From the human T2T-CHM13v2.0 reference genome, Homo sapiens, in the NCBI RefSeq assembly GCF_009914755.1, contig NC_060929.1: DNA of 64,000 bases. One strand, 5' to 3'. Shown piece by piece: positions 28,765 to 42,270 of the stretch. The translations under genes and the position numbers were made by a program. Each line of letters opens with the position of its first letter. Position 1 is the stretch's first letter. The notes beneath the pieces were generated by a model. The model worked only from the letters and a program-made list of their open reading frames with translations. It ran no database searches and was not told the origin of the DNA.

Positions 28765-29132
28765 CGCTTTGTGGTTTTCATTGCATTTCCCCAATGATTA
28801 GTGATGTTGAGAACTTTTCATATACCTGTTTGCCCTTTGTGTGTCTTCTTTGGAAAAATATCTACTCAAGTCATTTGCCCATTTTTTAATTGGGTTTTTT
28901 AAATTGCTATTGAGTTGTAAGGATTCTTTGTGTATTTTGAAAATTAATTCATCAGATATATGATTTGCAAATGCTTTCTCCCATTGTATATGTTATCTTT
29001 TCACCCTGTTGATTCTCTCTTTTTATTTGCTGTGTATAAGTTTTTAGTTTGATTCAGTTATACTTTTCTACTTTTGCTGCCTGTGATTTTGGTGTCAAAT
29101 ACATGAAATTATATACATGAAATTATTGCCAA

Positions 29133-29544
29133 TGCTGGAGGATTCCTCAGCTCCCCCTGCTTTCTATCTGTGACTCAGCTTCAGGTTTTTCCCAGCAGGC
29201 TTAAACCCAAACCCCGGCCTTGCACATCCCCAGGCATTGATAAAGGTACACTGAAGGAAACTGGCCCTAGGCCTGATCCAAATTCCTTTAACCCTCCCAA
29301 AAACTCTATACCCTACCCTACTCACTGTGGACATACATAAGTAGAATACTCCATTCTCTCACTGTCCATCTTGAGGGTTGCTGTAGCTCTCTGTAAGTAA
29401 GTTCCCCTAATAAATACTAGTGACTGATTACCCTGGCATTCTGTGCTTCTTTCTTTGACATCCCAGTCATCTCAGGACAGTTTGGGGCACTTCCTTGTGG
29501 GAACTCTCCTGTTGCCACTTTTGTGGTAACTCCAGGTTTTGTGG
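29133..29544 (+). mobile_element. ERV solo LTR (ERVL, MER54-like; family uncertain)
   Basis: tg...ca termini, aataaa near 29409, flanking tgccaa/taccaa duplication, GC-richer block interrupting L1. Confidence 0.65.
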
Positions 29545-29668
29545 GAAAAAACCATACCAATGAAAAAGTATCACACTCCCATGTTCCTAGCAGCATTATT
29601 TATAATAGCCAATATTTGGAGATAACCCAAATGTTTACTGATGAAGAAATGGATAAAATGGATAAAAA

Positions 29669-29803
29669 TGTGTGTGTGTTTGTGTGTGTGTGTGTATGTG
29701 TGTATATATATGTGTGTGTATGTCTATATATATATGTGTGTACGTCTATATATATACATACACACACACATTTTTATATATATAGACATACACACACACA
29801 TAT
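29669..29803. repeat. (TG)/(TA)/(CA) compound microsatellite inside L1
   Basis: Directly visible. Confidence 0.9.
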
Positions 29804-31739
29804 AAAACTGAAATATTATTCAGTCTAAAAAATAAGGGAATCTTGCGATTTGTGACAACACGGATGGACCTGAGGGACATGCTAAGTGAAGTGTCAGTCA
29901 CAAAAAGAACAAATTCTACATGAATCCACTTACATGAGGTATCTGAATAGCCAATACATAGAAGCAGAAAATAAAATGGTGTTTGCCAGGGGATTAGGGA
30001 AGGGAAAGGGGGAGCTATGGTTTAATGAGTATAAAGTTACAGTTATACAAGATAAACTCTAGAAATCTGCCTTACAACATTATTTTATAGTTAACAATAT
30101 GCTGTTGTACACTTAAATATTATTTGAGGGTGGATCTCTTGTTTCTGACTACAAACAAACAAAAAATGAATGGGACACAGGAAACTGAGAGAAGATGGAT
30201 ATGTTTACTACTGTGATTTTGATGATGGGATCACAAGTGTATACACATGTCCAAATTTATTAAATTGTATATATTAAATATGTACAGTTTTTGACATATC
30301 AGTTATACTTAAAGCTGCAAAAAAGAACTGTTGAATGTTTGCATTATATGAAGAGGTTTAGTATTATTTGAAAGTAGAATATGCTATTTTAAAATGCATA
30401 TTGTAAAGTGTAACCACTTAAAATTTAAGCAAAGACATGTAGCTAGTAATCTAGTAAGGAAAAAATAAAGTAATAATAAATACTCATAATCCAAAGGAGA
30501 GTAGAAAAAAGAAGAAAGAAACAAAGAACAAATGTGCCAAATAGAAAACAAATGTTAAGATGGTAGATTTAAATTCTATAATTTTGAAAATTACGTTAAA
30601 TTTAAATATTCTAAACACTCTATTTTGCTTGTCAGAATAGATGAAAAAGCATCTAGATCTAACTCTAAGCTGTCAAAAAGAAGCATGCTTTAAATATAAA
30701 GAATACAGGCTGGTTCAAAGTAAAACAATAAAAACTACTATTGCATAAACACTAATCATAAGAAAGCTGAAGTAGCAACGTTAATAAAAGAGAAAATAAA
30801 TAGGATTCAAGACAGGAAATATTACCAGAGATACAAATGCTATTTTACGATGCTAAAAGAATCAATTCAATGTGTATATATCTAATAACATAAAATCAAA
30901 ACAGACAGAACTGAAAAAAGTCCTTAATTATTAGTCCACAATTAGTTAGAATTTCATCACTCTTTTAACAAAAATTGATAGGACCAGTAAATAAAAATCA
31001 AATAAAATGACAGAAGATTTGAAACACAGTGTTATCTTGACTAATGAATATTATACATTACATTTACTAGCTTTTGTTTCTCTTCCAAAGGAATTTACAT
31101 ATATTCTTTTAGGTATTTATTCAGCATGAATTCTGAACCCGCATAAAGAACAAAGTGAACTTTCGCCTCCACCACAACTTCATGGGATACATTTTCTCAA
31201 TATTAGCAGAATATAATTTGCTAAAATGTTAGGAGTTTTATCAGTCTTCTCACTAAATATATTTCCTGTATCTGTATCCATCAGTGATTTCATCTGCATT
31301 TATTTACTTCACATATGTTGATTTTGTGGCTACTTAATATATTTGGTAAAAGTTTTAGCATAGGAAAGCACAAGCCTTCAAAATAGTTTTAATTGATGAC
31401 CAAATTTAGCCTTTCTTTAAAATAATAACAAACAATGATGTTTGTAAACACTGAAGTGCAATATGGCAGAGAAAAGGTTTTCTTTCTCTCTGTTATAAAC
31501 CTAAAACTTACATTTTTGCCTGGCCCCTCATTGCCAGTAACAATTTTTTGTTTGCTTCTTTTGTTATCAAATATTCAGTGAAGAAATGTGTTTAAAATAA
31601 GGTGCTTTAAAAATATTTGTTGAATGCAGCATACAAATTTAAAGAAAACCATTATAAATTTTTAAAAAGTTTTTTATGCCTTGACTCATTTTCATAAGAC
31701 CAGAATTAGCAATACTGAAAAAATGGTATTATACATGTA

Positions 31740-32524
31740 GTATTGTATATATATAATTTTTGTATATATATACACATGTGTGTATATATGTAATACACAT
31801 TTGTGTATATATACAAAAATTATATATATACAATACATACACATATATGTATATATACATACACATATATGTATATATACATACACATATGTATATACAC
31901 ATACATGTATACACACATACACATACATGTATACACATACGTGTATATACACACATACATGTATATATACACACATGCATGTATATATACATGTATATAT
32001 ACACAGATACACATGTATATATACACACATACACATGTATATATACACATACACATATATACACACATATATACACATATACACACATATGTATATGCAC
32101 ACATATACACACATATGTATATGCACACATACACACGTGTGTATATGCACACATATACACACGTGTGTATATGCACACATATACACACGTGTGTATATGC
32201 ACACATATACACACGTGTGTATATGCACACATATACACACGTGTGTATATGCACACATATACACACGTGTGTATATGCACACATATACACACGTGTGTAT
32301 ATGCACACATATACACACGTGTGTATATGCACACATATACACACGTGTGTATATGCACACATACACACGTGTGTATATGCACACATATACACACGTGTGT
32401 ATATACACATATATATACATATATACACATATATACATGTATATGTATATACACATATATACATGTATATGTATATACACATATATACATGTATATGTAT
32501 ATACACATATAATATATACACGTG

Positions 32525-32556
<32 letters not shown>

Positions 32557-32563
32557 TATACAT
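31740..32563. repeat. ~820-bp purine-pyrimidine alternating satellite containing a 26-bp-unit minisatellite (about 32125-32405)
   Basis: Unit acgtgtgtatatgcacacatatacac repeated about 11 times within TA/CA-rich flanks. Confidence 0.97.
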
Positions 32564-33799
32564 AAAATATATCAAGCCCACTTTCTACATGTTCTATGCT
32601 AAAGTAAATTCTTTTTTTTGATGTGATTCCCAGATCAAATGTTTCATATTTGTCTACTCTAAACCTTGCAGAAAACACAGTTTCATGTCAATAATCAATA
32701 TTAGATAATAATTCTATACACTATAAGAAACCATAAATGAATAATTACTTTCTGACATTCTGCTTTTACAAAAAGGAAGAAGAACAATTAATTATTGTTA
32801 CAAACCAACGTATTGTGATATTCCATCTTTCAAGACACTGGGCTTAAAAAAAAATCGTGCTAAAATTACAATGTTGTGTGTACGTATGCATAAACATTTC
32901 CTATTGTAATTCTTTAAAAGGAAACACTCCTTGCAAGTAATCCATACATTTTAGTACTATTTGTGACATCCTTTGTAATTTGTATTTCTATTTATAAAAC
33001 AAGTTAAATGTTTCAATAATATTACTGTCAGGCATTGAGTGTATGATTCAATAAGAAATATCAAATTTAAAGGCTAACAATAATATTAAAAAAGATAATA
33101 GTTTTAAGTCACCTATCACATTCTTTGTGGTTATGCTAACTTGAACTATCTTTAAACAATAGATGTAATGCTTTATAACAAATTTAAATTCATTTGGGGT
33201 TCATTTCATTTTAGACATTATGTTCTTAGAAACATGGATATATATTACTAATCTAAATGGCTTATAATTAAATTGAAGTTACCAACATCATCAAAAATAA
33301 TTATTTCTTCTTATACATCTTGATCTTCTCATTATGCAAATCTGGTCTATCAATTATTATGTACACCCTTCGGATAAGAGGCAATGTAGATTATGTTTCC
33401 AGAATGATGCATCTGTTCTGATTTAACTACCCATCAGTGACTATAAATTGTTGAGTAATTTTGTTTGATTGGCAAAATAATTTCAGAGCAGTTGAAGCAA
33501 TATTGTTGCATATGTGCCTGAATTCCCAATACATTTATTTTTCCTGTAGAATATCAAGTAAAAAGATACTAATAGTCTATTTTCCTCATGAGTCATTTAA
33601 ACTGATCCTTAAAAAAATGCAACTGAAGTTTCTTCTGGTTAAAAATTTTTCCAATATGGAATATAATCAGATTTTTATCATTTTGAGTATTTGAATTTAT
33701 GTACAGTAACAATAATTTTCTCCTTGAATTTTTTAAGAGAAATTAAACCATTGACCATTCTTCATCTATGATGTGGGCAACCACCCTTGAGTTTCTTAA

Positions 33800-35560
33800 A
33801 TAAAATACAAAGTTGTTATCCTGGCTCCTCTAACTCTCTTACATCGCACACTCAAGGCACAAAAAATTCCATTGGCTATATCTTCAATTTGGTTACAAAA
33901 TCTGACTGGCTGCTTCTTACCTTCTCTACCACCACCACAACTCCAGTCTAAATCCTCTGATCTCATATTTTGACTATGACAGTTAACTTCCACTGATTCC
34001 CTGTTTTCTCCTTTGGCGCTTCTTAGTCTATTCTCATCGTGGTAGTCGGACAGTTCTTCTGGTCAAAAACATTAATGGCTAATGACTTTCCACATCATTC
34101 CAAATAAAAGTCAGAATCCTTCGTCTAAATCATATTGTCCTCATCATTCACCTCTCTGTACCTTCTGATCTTATCTGCCTGACACTCTCCATATTCCTTA
34201 TTCTTTCCAGATAGCCTCTTTCTGCTCCTCACACATGTTCAATATACAGGCATGCATCACTTAATGATGGGGCTACATTATGAGAAATGCATCATTTGGT
34301 GATTTCATTGTTGTGTGAACATCACAGAGTGCACTTACATAAATCTAGCTGTAGTCTACTACACACCTAGGCTCTATGGTACAGCCGGTTGCTTCTAGGC
34401 TACAAACCTGTACAACATGTTGTTGTACTGCAGGCAATTGTAACACAATGGCAAGTGTTTGTGTATCTAAACATATCTAAACATAGAAAGACACAGTAAA
34501 AGTACATTATAAAAGATTAAAAAAAATATACCTCTACAGGGCACTTACCATGAATGGAGCTTGCAGGACTGGATGTTGCTTTGAGTGAGTCAGTGAGTGA
34601 GTGGTGAGTGAATGTGAAGACCTGGCACATTAACTGTACACTACTGTAGACTTTATAAACATTGTGTAAGTGGGACACACTAAATTTAAAAATATGTATA
34701 TATTATTTCTTAAATAATAAATTAACTGGCTTTAACTTTTTGACTTTATAAACACTTAAATTTTCTAATTTTTTGGCTCTTTTGAAACAATGCTTAGCTT
34801 AAAACATAAACATATTGTAAAGCTGTACAAAATTATTTTTCCATCATTATTCTATTAGTTTTATTCCATTGTTAAAATTTTTTAGTTTTTATTTTTAACT
34901 TGTTACAGTTTTTTGTTAAAAATGAGGACAAAAACACAGCCTGGGCCTACACAGGATCAGTATTATTAATATTGCTGTTGAATTAATGTGATTGTTATAT
35001 CACTTCCACATCTTGTCCCATTGGAAGATCTTCAAGGGTAATAAGACTCGTGGAGCTGTCATCTCCTATGATAATAATGCCTTCTTCTGGAAGACCTGCT
35101 GAAGGACCTTCCTGGAGCATTTTTATAGTTACCTTTTTAAAAATATATATAACTAGAAGGAGTACACTCTAAACTAATGATAAAATATATAGTATAATAA
35201 ATATGTAAACCAGTAATACACTGTTTATTATCAAGTATTATGTACTGTGTGTAACTAAATATGCTATACTTTTACATGACTGGCAGGACAAGTAAGTTTT
35301 ACCAGCCTCACCAACACCTGAGTAATGTGTTCAACTGCGACATTACAATGGCTATATTGTATATATTTTGTATAACGCAGATATATTGTAATATATTTAG
35401 CTGACATGTTACTCATGTGTCTGACAATTATCACCACTTCTTTTCCCTTAGAATGCAATTTCCATTGTAGTAGGAAATTGGGTTTGTTCCTGGCAGTATT
35501 CTCCATACCAGGATTAGTGTCTGTCTATGGTATGTGCACAATAAATGATGATTAAAAGAA
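33800..35560 (+). mobile_element. L2 fragments split by Tigger3
   Basis: Degenerate L2 3' region (caaataaaagtcagaatcct; ttagaatgcaatttccat...gtgcacaataaatg). Confidence 0.6.
34247..35388 (+). mobile_element. Tigger3b (MER7-type) non-autonomous DNA transposon
   Basis: ta|caggcatgcatcacttaatgatgggg...ctactacacacctaggct...ggcacttaccatgaatggagcttgcaggactgg; right end partly deleted. Confidence 0.88.
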
Positions 35561-35768
35561 GTTCTCTACATGTGTAAATTATGCAACCCAGTGAATTTAA
35601 AGTGAATTTTTGTTATTGTTAAATAATATAAAGAGAAATATTATACAGTTAACTAAACTAAACATTAAAGGAAATGCCATAAACTTTGATTTTAACAGCA
35701 AAGGTATAGTACCATGAATATATTTATCCCAAGTGATACACTTAATCACCAAATCTTGTAAGAGATCT

Positions 35769-35966
35769 AATATATATTATATACACTATATAACATATAT
35801 ATACACTATATATGTTATATAGTGTATATAATATATAATTATATATTATGTAATTATATATTTAATATATTTAATAATATATATTATATAATATATAAAA
35901 TATATATTATGTATAATATATAAATATAATATATAATATATATACTATACATATATATATATATAC
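35769..35966. repeat. (TA)-rich tract containing a perfect 31-bp-arm inverted repeat
   Basis: Arms 35771-35801 and 35807-35837 are exact reverse complements. Confidence 0.93.
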
Positions 35967-36284
<318 letters not shown>

Positions 36285-37988
36285 TGAAATTGTTTTTATA
36301 CTATTTTTATTGTGGTAAAATGTACATAACATAAAATTTGCCATCTTAACCACTTTTAAGTGCACCATTCTGGGGTCTTAAATACATTCAAAACGTTATG
36401 CAACCATCAACACCATACATCTCCATTACCCTTTTCATCTTGGAAAACTGAAACTCAGTGCCCACTAAACAATTCCCATTTCTCCCACCCACAAGTGGCA
36501 ATCACCATGTTACTTTCTGAGTACATGATTTTGAATAATCAAGGTACCTCATAAAAATAGAATCATACAGTATTTGTCTTTTTGTGACTGGCTTATTCCT
36601 CTTAGAACAATGTCCTTGAACTTCATCCATGCTGTAGCATATTAGAGAATTCCTTTCTTTTTAAGGTTGACTAATAGTCCATTTTATGTATATACCACAT
36701 TTTGCTTCTCTGTTTAACCACTGCTGAATGCTTGTGTTGCTTTCATATGTCACGTGTCGTGGATAATAGTGCTAGGAACATGGGTGTACGGATATCTCTT
36801 TGAGACTCTGCTTTCAATTCTTTTTGGTATATACCCAAACGCGGAATTGTTGAATCATACAGTAATCATAGTAATTCAGTTTTGAAATTTTTGAGAAATC
36901 AGTATACTACTGTCCATAGAAGCTGTACCATATTACATTCCCACCAGCAATGCACACGTGTTCCAGTTTCTTATGTCCTCACCAATGTTTGTTATTTTCT
37001 GTTTTTTTCTTTTCTTTTCTTTTTTTTTCTGGTTCCAGTTTCTTCTATCCTCACCAATGCTTGTTATATTCTGGGATATGTTTTCCGGTTTTTTTTTTTT
37101 TTAATACTAATTATTCTAATGGGTTTGAGGTGCTATCTCATTGTAAATTTTGATGTACATTTCCCTGCTAATTAGTGATGTTAAGCATCTTCTCTTGTCC
37201 TTACTGGTCATTTGTATATCTTCTTTGAAGAAATGTCTTTTTAAGTTTTTGTTTATTTTTAAACAGTTCTTTTTCTGCTGTTGAGTTGTAGGGATTCCAT
37301 ACATGTTTTTGCATATTAATCAATTATTGAAAGATAAGATTTGCAAATAATTTCTCCCATCCTGTGAGTTGCCTTTTGATACTGATATTGTCTTCTGATG
37401 CACAAAATTTAATTTTCATAAAGTAAAACTTATTTTTTTCTTATGTTGCCTGTGCCTATGGTTTTCAAGAAATCATTGACAATGCCAATATTATGAGCTT
37501 CTGCTTTTTTTTCCCTAAGATTTTTAGAGTTTTAGATCTTACATTTAGGTCTTTGATCTATTTTAAATTAATTGTTGCATATGGTGTTAGGTGAACATCC
37601 AAATTTACTACTTTGCATGTGGATATCCAAATAGCCCAGTATCTTTTGTTGAAAAGACTATCGTTTTTCCATTGGATGATCTTGACATCCTTGTCAAAAA
37701 TTGTTGGCATACTATTTTTCATAGTATCCTCTTATCATCATTTTTATTTTTGTGAAAATGGAAGTAATGTCCTCACTTTCATTTCTGATTTTATTAATTT
37801 GAGTCTTCTTTTTCCTTAGTCCACATAACTAAAGTTTTGTCAGCTTTGATTTTTTTTTAAAGAGCCAACTTTTGATTTCATTTACTTTTCTCTATTGTTT
37901 TATACTCTTTATTTTATTTACCTCTACTCTAATCTTAATTATTTTCTTCCTTCTGGTTTTAGGTTTAGCTATACTTTTCTTTTTCTAG

Positions 37989-38137
37989 TTTCTTTCTTTT
38001 TTTTTTTTTTTTTTTTTTAGATGGAGTCTTGCTCCGTCGCCCAGGCTGGAGTGCAGTGGCGTGATTTCAGCTCACTGCAACCTCTGCCTTGGCCTCCCAA
38101 AGTGCTAAGATTACAGGTGTGAGCCACCTCGCCCGGC
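37989..38137 (-). mobile_element. Internally deleted AluS (monomer length)
   Basis: Both Alu termini present, joined at ctgcct (38084-38089); TSD gtttctt. Confidence 0.88.
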
Positions 38138-39324
38138 GTTTCTTGCTCTTTTTAATATAAGCTTCTGTACTTGTAAGTTTCTCCCTTAAGCACTGCTTTT
38201 GCTGTTTCATATGTTCTGTTCTATTTTGTTTTTGTTTTCTGTCATTTTACATTTTCTAATTTTCCTTGTGATTTACATTGGTTAATGTTCTGTTGTTAAT
38301 TTCCACAATTTTGTAAATTTTCATTTTATCTCTGTTACTGATTTGTAACTTCCTCACATTTTGGTCAGAGAAGATACTTAGTGTGATATCTATCTTGGAA
38401 ATGTATTGAGATTTAATTTGTGGCCTAATTTCGTCTATCCTGAAAAATGTCTTGTGTGCCTTTGAGAAGATATGTGTGCTACTGCTGCAGGGTAGAGTGT
38501 TCTCTGTAAGTCTGTTAGATTTAGTTGGTATATTGTGTTAGGTCCTCCATTTCCGTACTTATGATCTGTATGGTTTGTCTATATATTATTGGGGGGGGAG
38601 GGCATTATAGTTTCCATCTATTATCATAGAACTACCTGTTTTTCATCTCAATTCTGTCAGCTCTGGTTTCAAATATTTTGATGGTCTGTTATTAGGTGCA
38701 TGCTTATAATTGTTGTATCTTCTTGGTGCATTGAAACTTTTATTAATGTATGATTTCCTTCTTTTCCCACATATCATTTTTTTATTTAAAATTTATAATT
38801 CTTGTCATAGAACAGCCACTCCTGCTCTCTTTTGGGATTTATTTGCATGAAATATCATCTGTTTTCTCCTTTCTTCTTCAATCTCTATATGTCTTTGGCT
38901 CAAAAGTGAGTCTCTTGTAGATATCATATTGTTGGTCCAGGTGGCTTTTAATCCATTGTGCCAATTTGTCTTTTGATTTGAAAGTTTAATCAATTGACAC
39001 TTAGGGAAATTACTGATAAGAAGGGACATACTAATGTTATTTTTGTCATTTGTTTTATAAATGCCTTATAGCTTTTTTGTACCTATTTTTTTTTTTTTCA
39101 TTACTGTCCTCTTTTGTGTTTACTTGATTTTTTGGTAGGGAAATGTTTAAATTTCTTTCTCGTTTCCTTTTGCATATCTTCTAAGCTATTTACTTTGTGG
39201 TTACTGTGAAAATTTTGTGTACAATTCTCAAGTTATCATACTCTAATTTGAATTTACACCAGCTTAACTTTAGTAATGTACACAAGCTCTCCTTCCTTTA
39301 TAGCTCTATCCCCACACCTTGTAG

Positions 39325-39644
39325 TTGTTTTTTTGTTTGTTTGTATTGTTTTGTTTTAAGACAGGGTTTTGCTCTGTAGCCCAGGCTGGAGCACAGTGGT
39401 GCAGTAATGGCTCATTGCAGCTTCAACCTCTCAGGCTCAAGCGATACAACTACCTCAGCCTCTTGAGTAGCTAGAACTATGGCATGAACCACCACACGTG
39501 GCTAATTTATTAAATTTAAAAAAATTGTAAAGTCAGAGTCTCACTATGTTGCCTAGGCTAGTTTCAAACTCCTGAGCTCAAGCATCTTCCCACCTTGGCC
39601 TCCAAAAGTGCTGGGATTATAGGTGTGAGCCTCCCTGTCCCGCC
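39325..39644 (-). mobile_element. Alu (AluJ)
   Basis: Diverged dimer with J-type aggctcaagcg and ctgagctcaagc. Confidence 0.92.
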
Positions 39645-41900
39645 TTTTTAGTATTTGACATCATAAGATTATACCTTTATATATTATGTGCCCCCCAAGA
39701 TAAACTAATAACTTTAAAAATGCATTAGTTTCTAAATTATGTGGAAAACAAAATGTGGAGTTACAAACCAAAGTTACATTTCTATTAGCACTTAGAGTAA
39801 TAATTGTTTTCTTTAAATGAGTTAACCTCTTAAATCATGTAGAAAACAAAAAGTAGAGGTATAAACTATTGTTACAATTATGTTAGCTTTTATAATTGCC
39901 CATAGATTTACCTTTATTGAGATTACTATTTCTCCATATTCCTTTGAATTACTCTCTAGTGTTCTTTTTTTTTTTTTTTTTCCACCCTGCAGGATTTCAT
40001 TAACCATTTCTTGCAAGGTAAGTCTAGTGATGATTAACCTCAGCTTTTCTTTATCTGGAAATGTGTTAATTTCTCCCTCCCTTTTGAAAGGCACTTTTGC
40101 TGGATGTAGAATTCTTAATTATATTTGTTTTGTTTTGTTTTGTTTTTTCTCTTAGCCCTTTCAATACATTGACTCACTGCCTTCTGGCCTCAAGTTTCTG
40201 ATGAGAAATCTGCTGATAATTTTATTGTATATGATGAGTTACTTTTCTCTGTTGCTTTCAAGAGTCTGTCTTTATCTTTCAAAAATTTGATTATGTTTCT
40301 GAGTGTGGATCTCTTGGTTCATCTTACTTGGACTCTGCTGAGCTTTGTGGATGTTTATATTCATGTCATTCATCAAATTTAAAAAGTTCTCAGCCATTAC
40401 ATCTTCAAATATTTTCTCTGCCTTCTCTCGTTATCTTCTGGGATTCTCGCAGTGAATATGTTGGTCAGCTTGATGGTATCCCACAAGTAAATTAGATTCT
40501 TTTTTCTGCCTATTCAGATTTGCCTTTGAATTGCTCTTGTATATTTTTTATTTTGATTATCGTACTTCTCAGCTCCAAAATTTCTTTTTTTTTTTAGGTT
40601 TTCTGTTTATTGATATTTTTCTGTTGTTCATACTGCATTTTCTTGACTTTCTCTACATCTTTAGTTTCCGGAGCATCTTTAAGAGAGTTAAAGTATCGTT
40701 CAGTAGTTCTGCAGTCAGATCTTTTTTCAGAGACAGTTTCTATTTATTTTTTTTTCTTTGAATGGGCTGAAGTTTCCTATTTTTTTATACATGGTAATTT
40801 TTTTTGTTAAAAACTGGATATTTTAATCAAATCATGGGCTAAGTCTGGAAATCAAATTTTCATGCTACCCCTGGGTTCACTGTTTTTGTTTGTACTTATT
40901 TATCTTTTTGTTGTTGTAGACTCTTATCTTTTTGTTGTTGTAGACTCTGTGCCAAGCATCAGGCTGAAGTGCAAACTTAAAGTACTCTCAGTCTTTTCTG
41001 AGCCTGCAGCTTTCCCTGGTCATGCATGATCACTTTCTAACTTTCTTCATACATACATTGGTTTTGTATGTCTTAGTCCTTAATGCCTAGCTCCTAAAAG
41101 AGGAAAAAAGAGAAAAATGAAGCAAGGAGGAAAGATGCTGGCATTTTAATGACCCTGAAAGTCACTTCAACTGGAGGAGGAGGGGCTTGTCACAATGCGA
41201 GAAGGTGCAACAATAATAACCACCCACCTCTTTGAACTTCTGTGATCAGAAGCAGCAATTAGATCTCCAGTATTTGGAGGAAAAGACCATGGTATGAAGC
41301 AAAATACCTTTATAAAACATATTCTTCAGAAGCATTTTTAAAAACTGAATGAAAAATATAAAGGCAACTTCATATATCCTGTGGCCTTCTACTTAAACTA
41401 CAAATAGTTAAGAAATCTAAAATAAAATAAATGTAAATATTCCCAGTGAATAAACAATTTCTTTGAAAAAATAAGAGTTGTGATGTTATAGCCACGAGTG
41501 TAGTTAGCAGCATATTCACAAAAACGTTACTAAGAAAATACTTTAAAAGTAAAGGTAAAACCTCAGGTTTTATTTTCCTCTACGAAAAATGTCACTTTGG
41601 TGTGGTATTTTCAAGAAAACTGAAATACATTTTAGTGTAATTTAAATCCTTTCTTCAGAAAAGCCTTTCTGTATTTAATAGAATTCTTGTTAATGAGTAA
41701 GTAGAAAAAAAGCAACAACTATATTAAACAACTTCATATTCTCCACAGAGCTTAAAGAAAAAAGATTAAACACTTAAGTGATTATTACTGAAAGGAAAAC
41801 AAGAGTTGCCAACAAAGTAGATTAATTTTGTCTATGCACCTATCAACAAGTTCTCCTGTGATCAGTTGCATGTAATCATGCCTTTTCTATCATGCTTTCA

Positions 41901-42270
<370 letters not shown>

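Larger units (their letters stand above)
27962..30325 (+). mobile_element. L1MA9/L1MB-like insertion with 5' inversion (minus 27962-29132; plus 29550-30325)
   Basis: Antisense ORF2-end sequence, then sense 3' end starting cacactcccatgttc and ending cagttatacttaaagctgcaaaaaa. Confidence 0.75.
25005..31050 (+). mobile_element. Very old L1M (5' region, ORF1, start of ORF2) hosting nested insertions
   Basis: gacttctgtctccagccactatggagtaac 5' motif; degenerate ORF1 at 26500-27900; endonuclease-region remnants at 30550-31030. Confidence 0.6.
36290..41285 (-). mobile_element. Old L1 (L1MB-like 3' end plus ORF2/ORF1/5' remnants, possibly more than one element)
   Basis: ttttattgtggtaaaatgtacataacataaaatttgccatcttaacc 3' end; ORF1-like peptide PFKREGEINTFPDKEKLR (39822-40094, minus). 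Confidence 0.78.

Noticed and set aside
32125-32405. Regular palindromic repeats resembling a CRISPR array
   Set aside because: No unique spacers (constant CACA linker), no cas genes, primate DNA
31692-32678. Six overlapping 250-328 aa ORFs rich in Y/I/H/T/C/V/M
   Set aside because: Purine-pyrimidine alternating sequence cannot form TAA, TAG or TGA, so all six frames stay open; a satellite artefact
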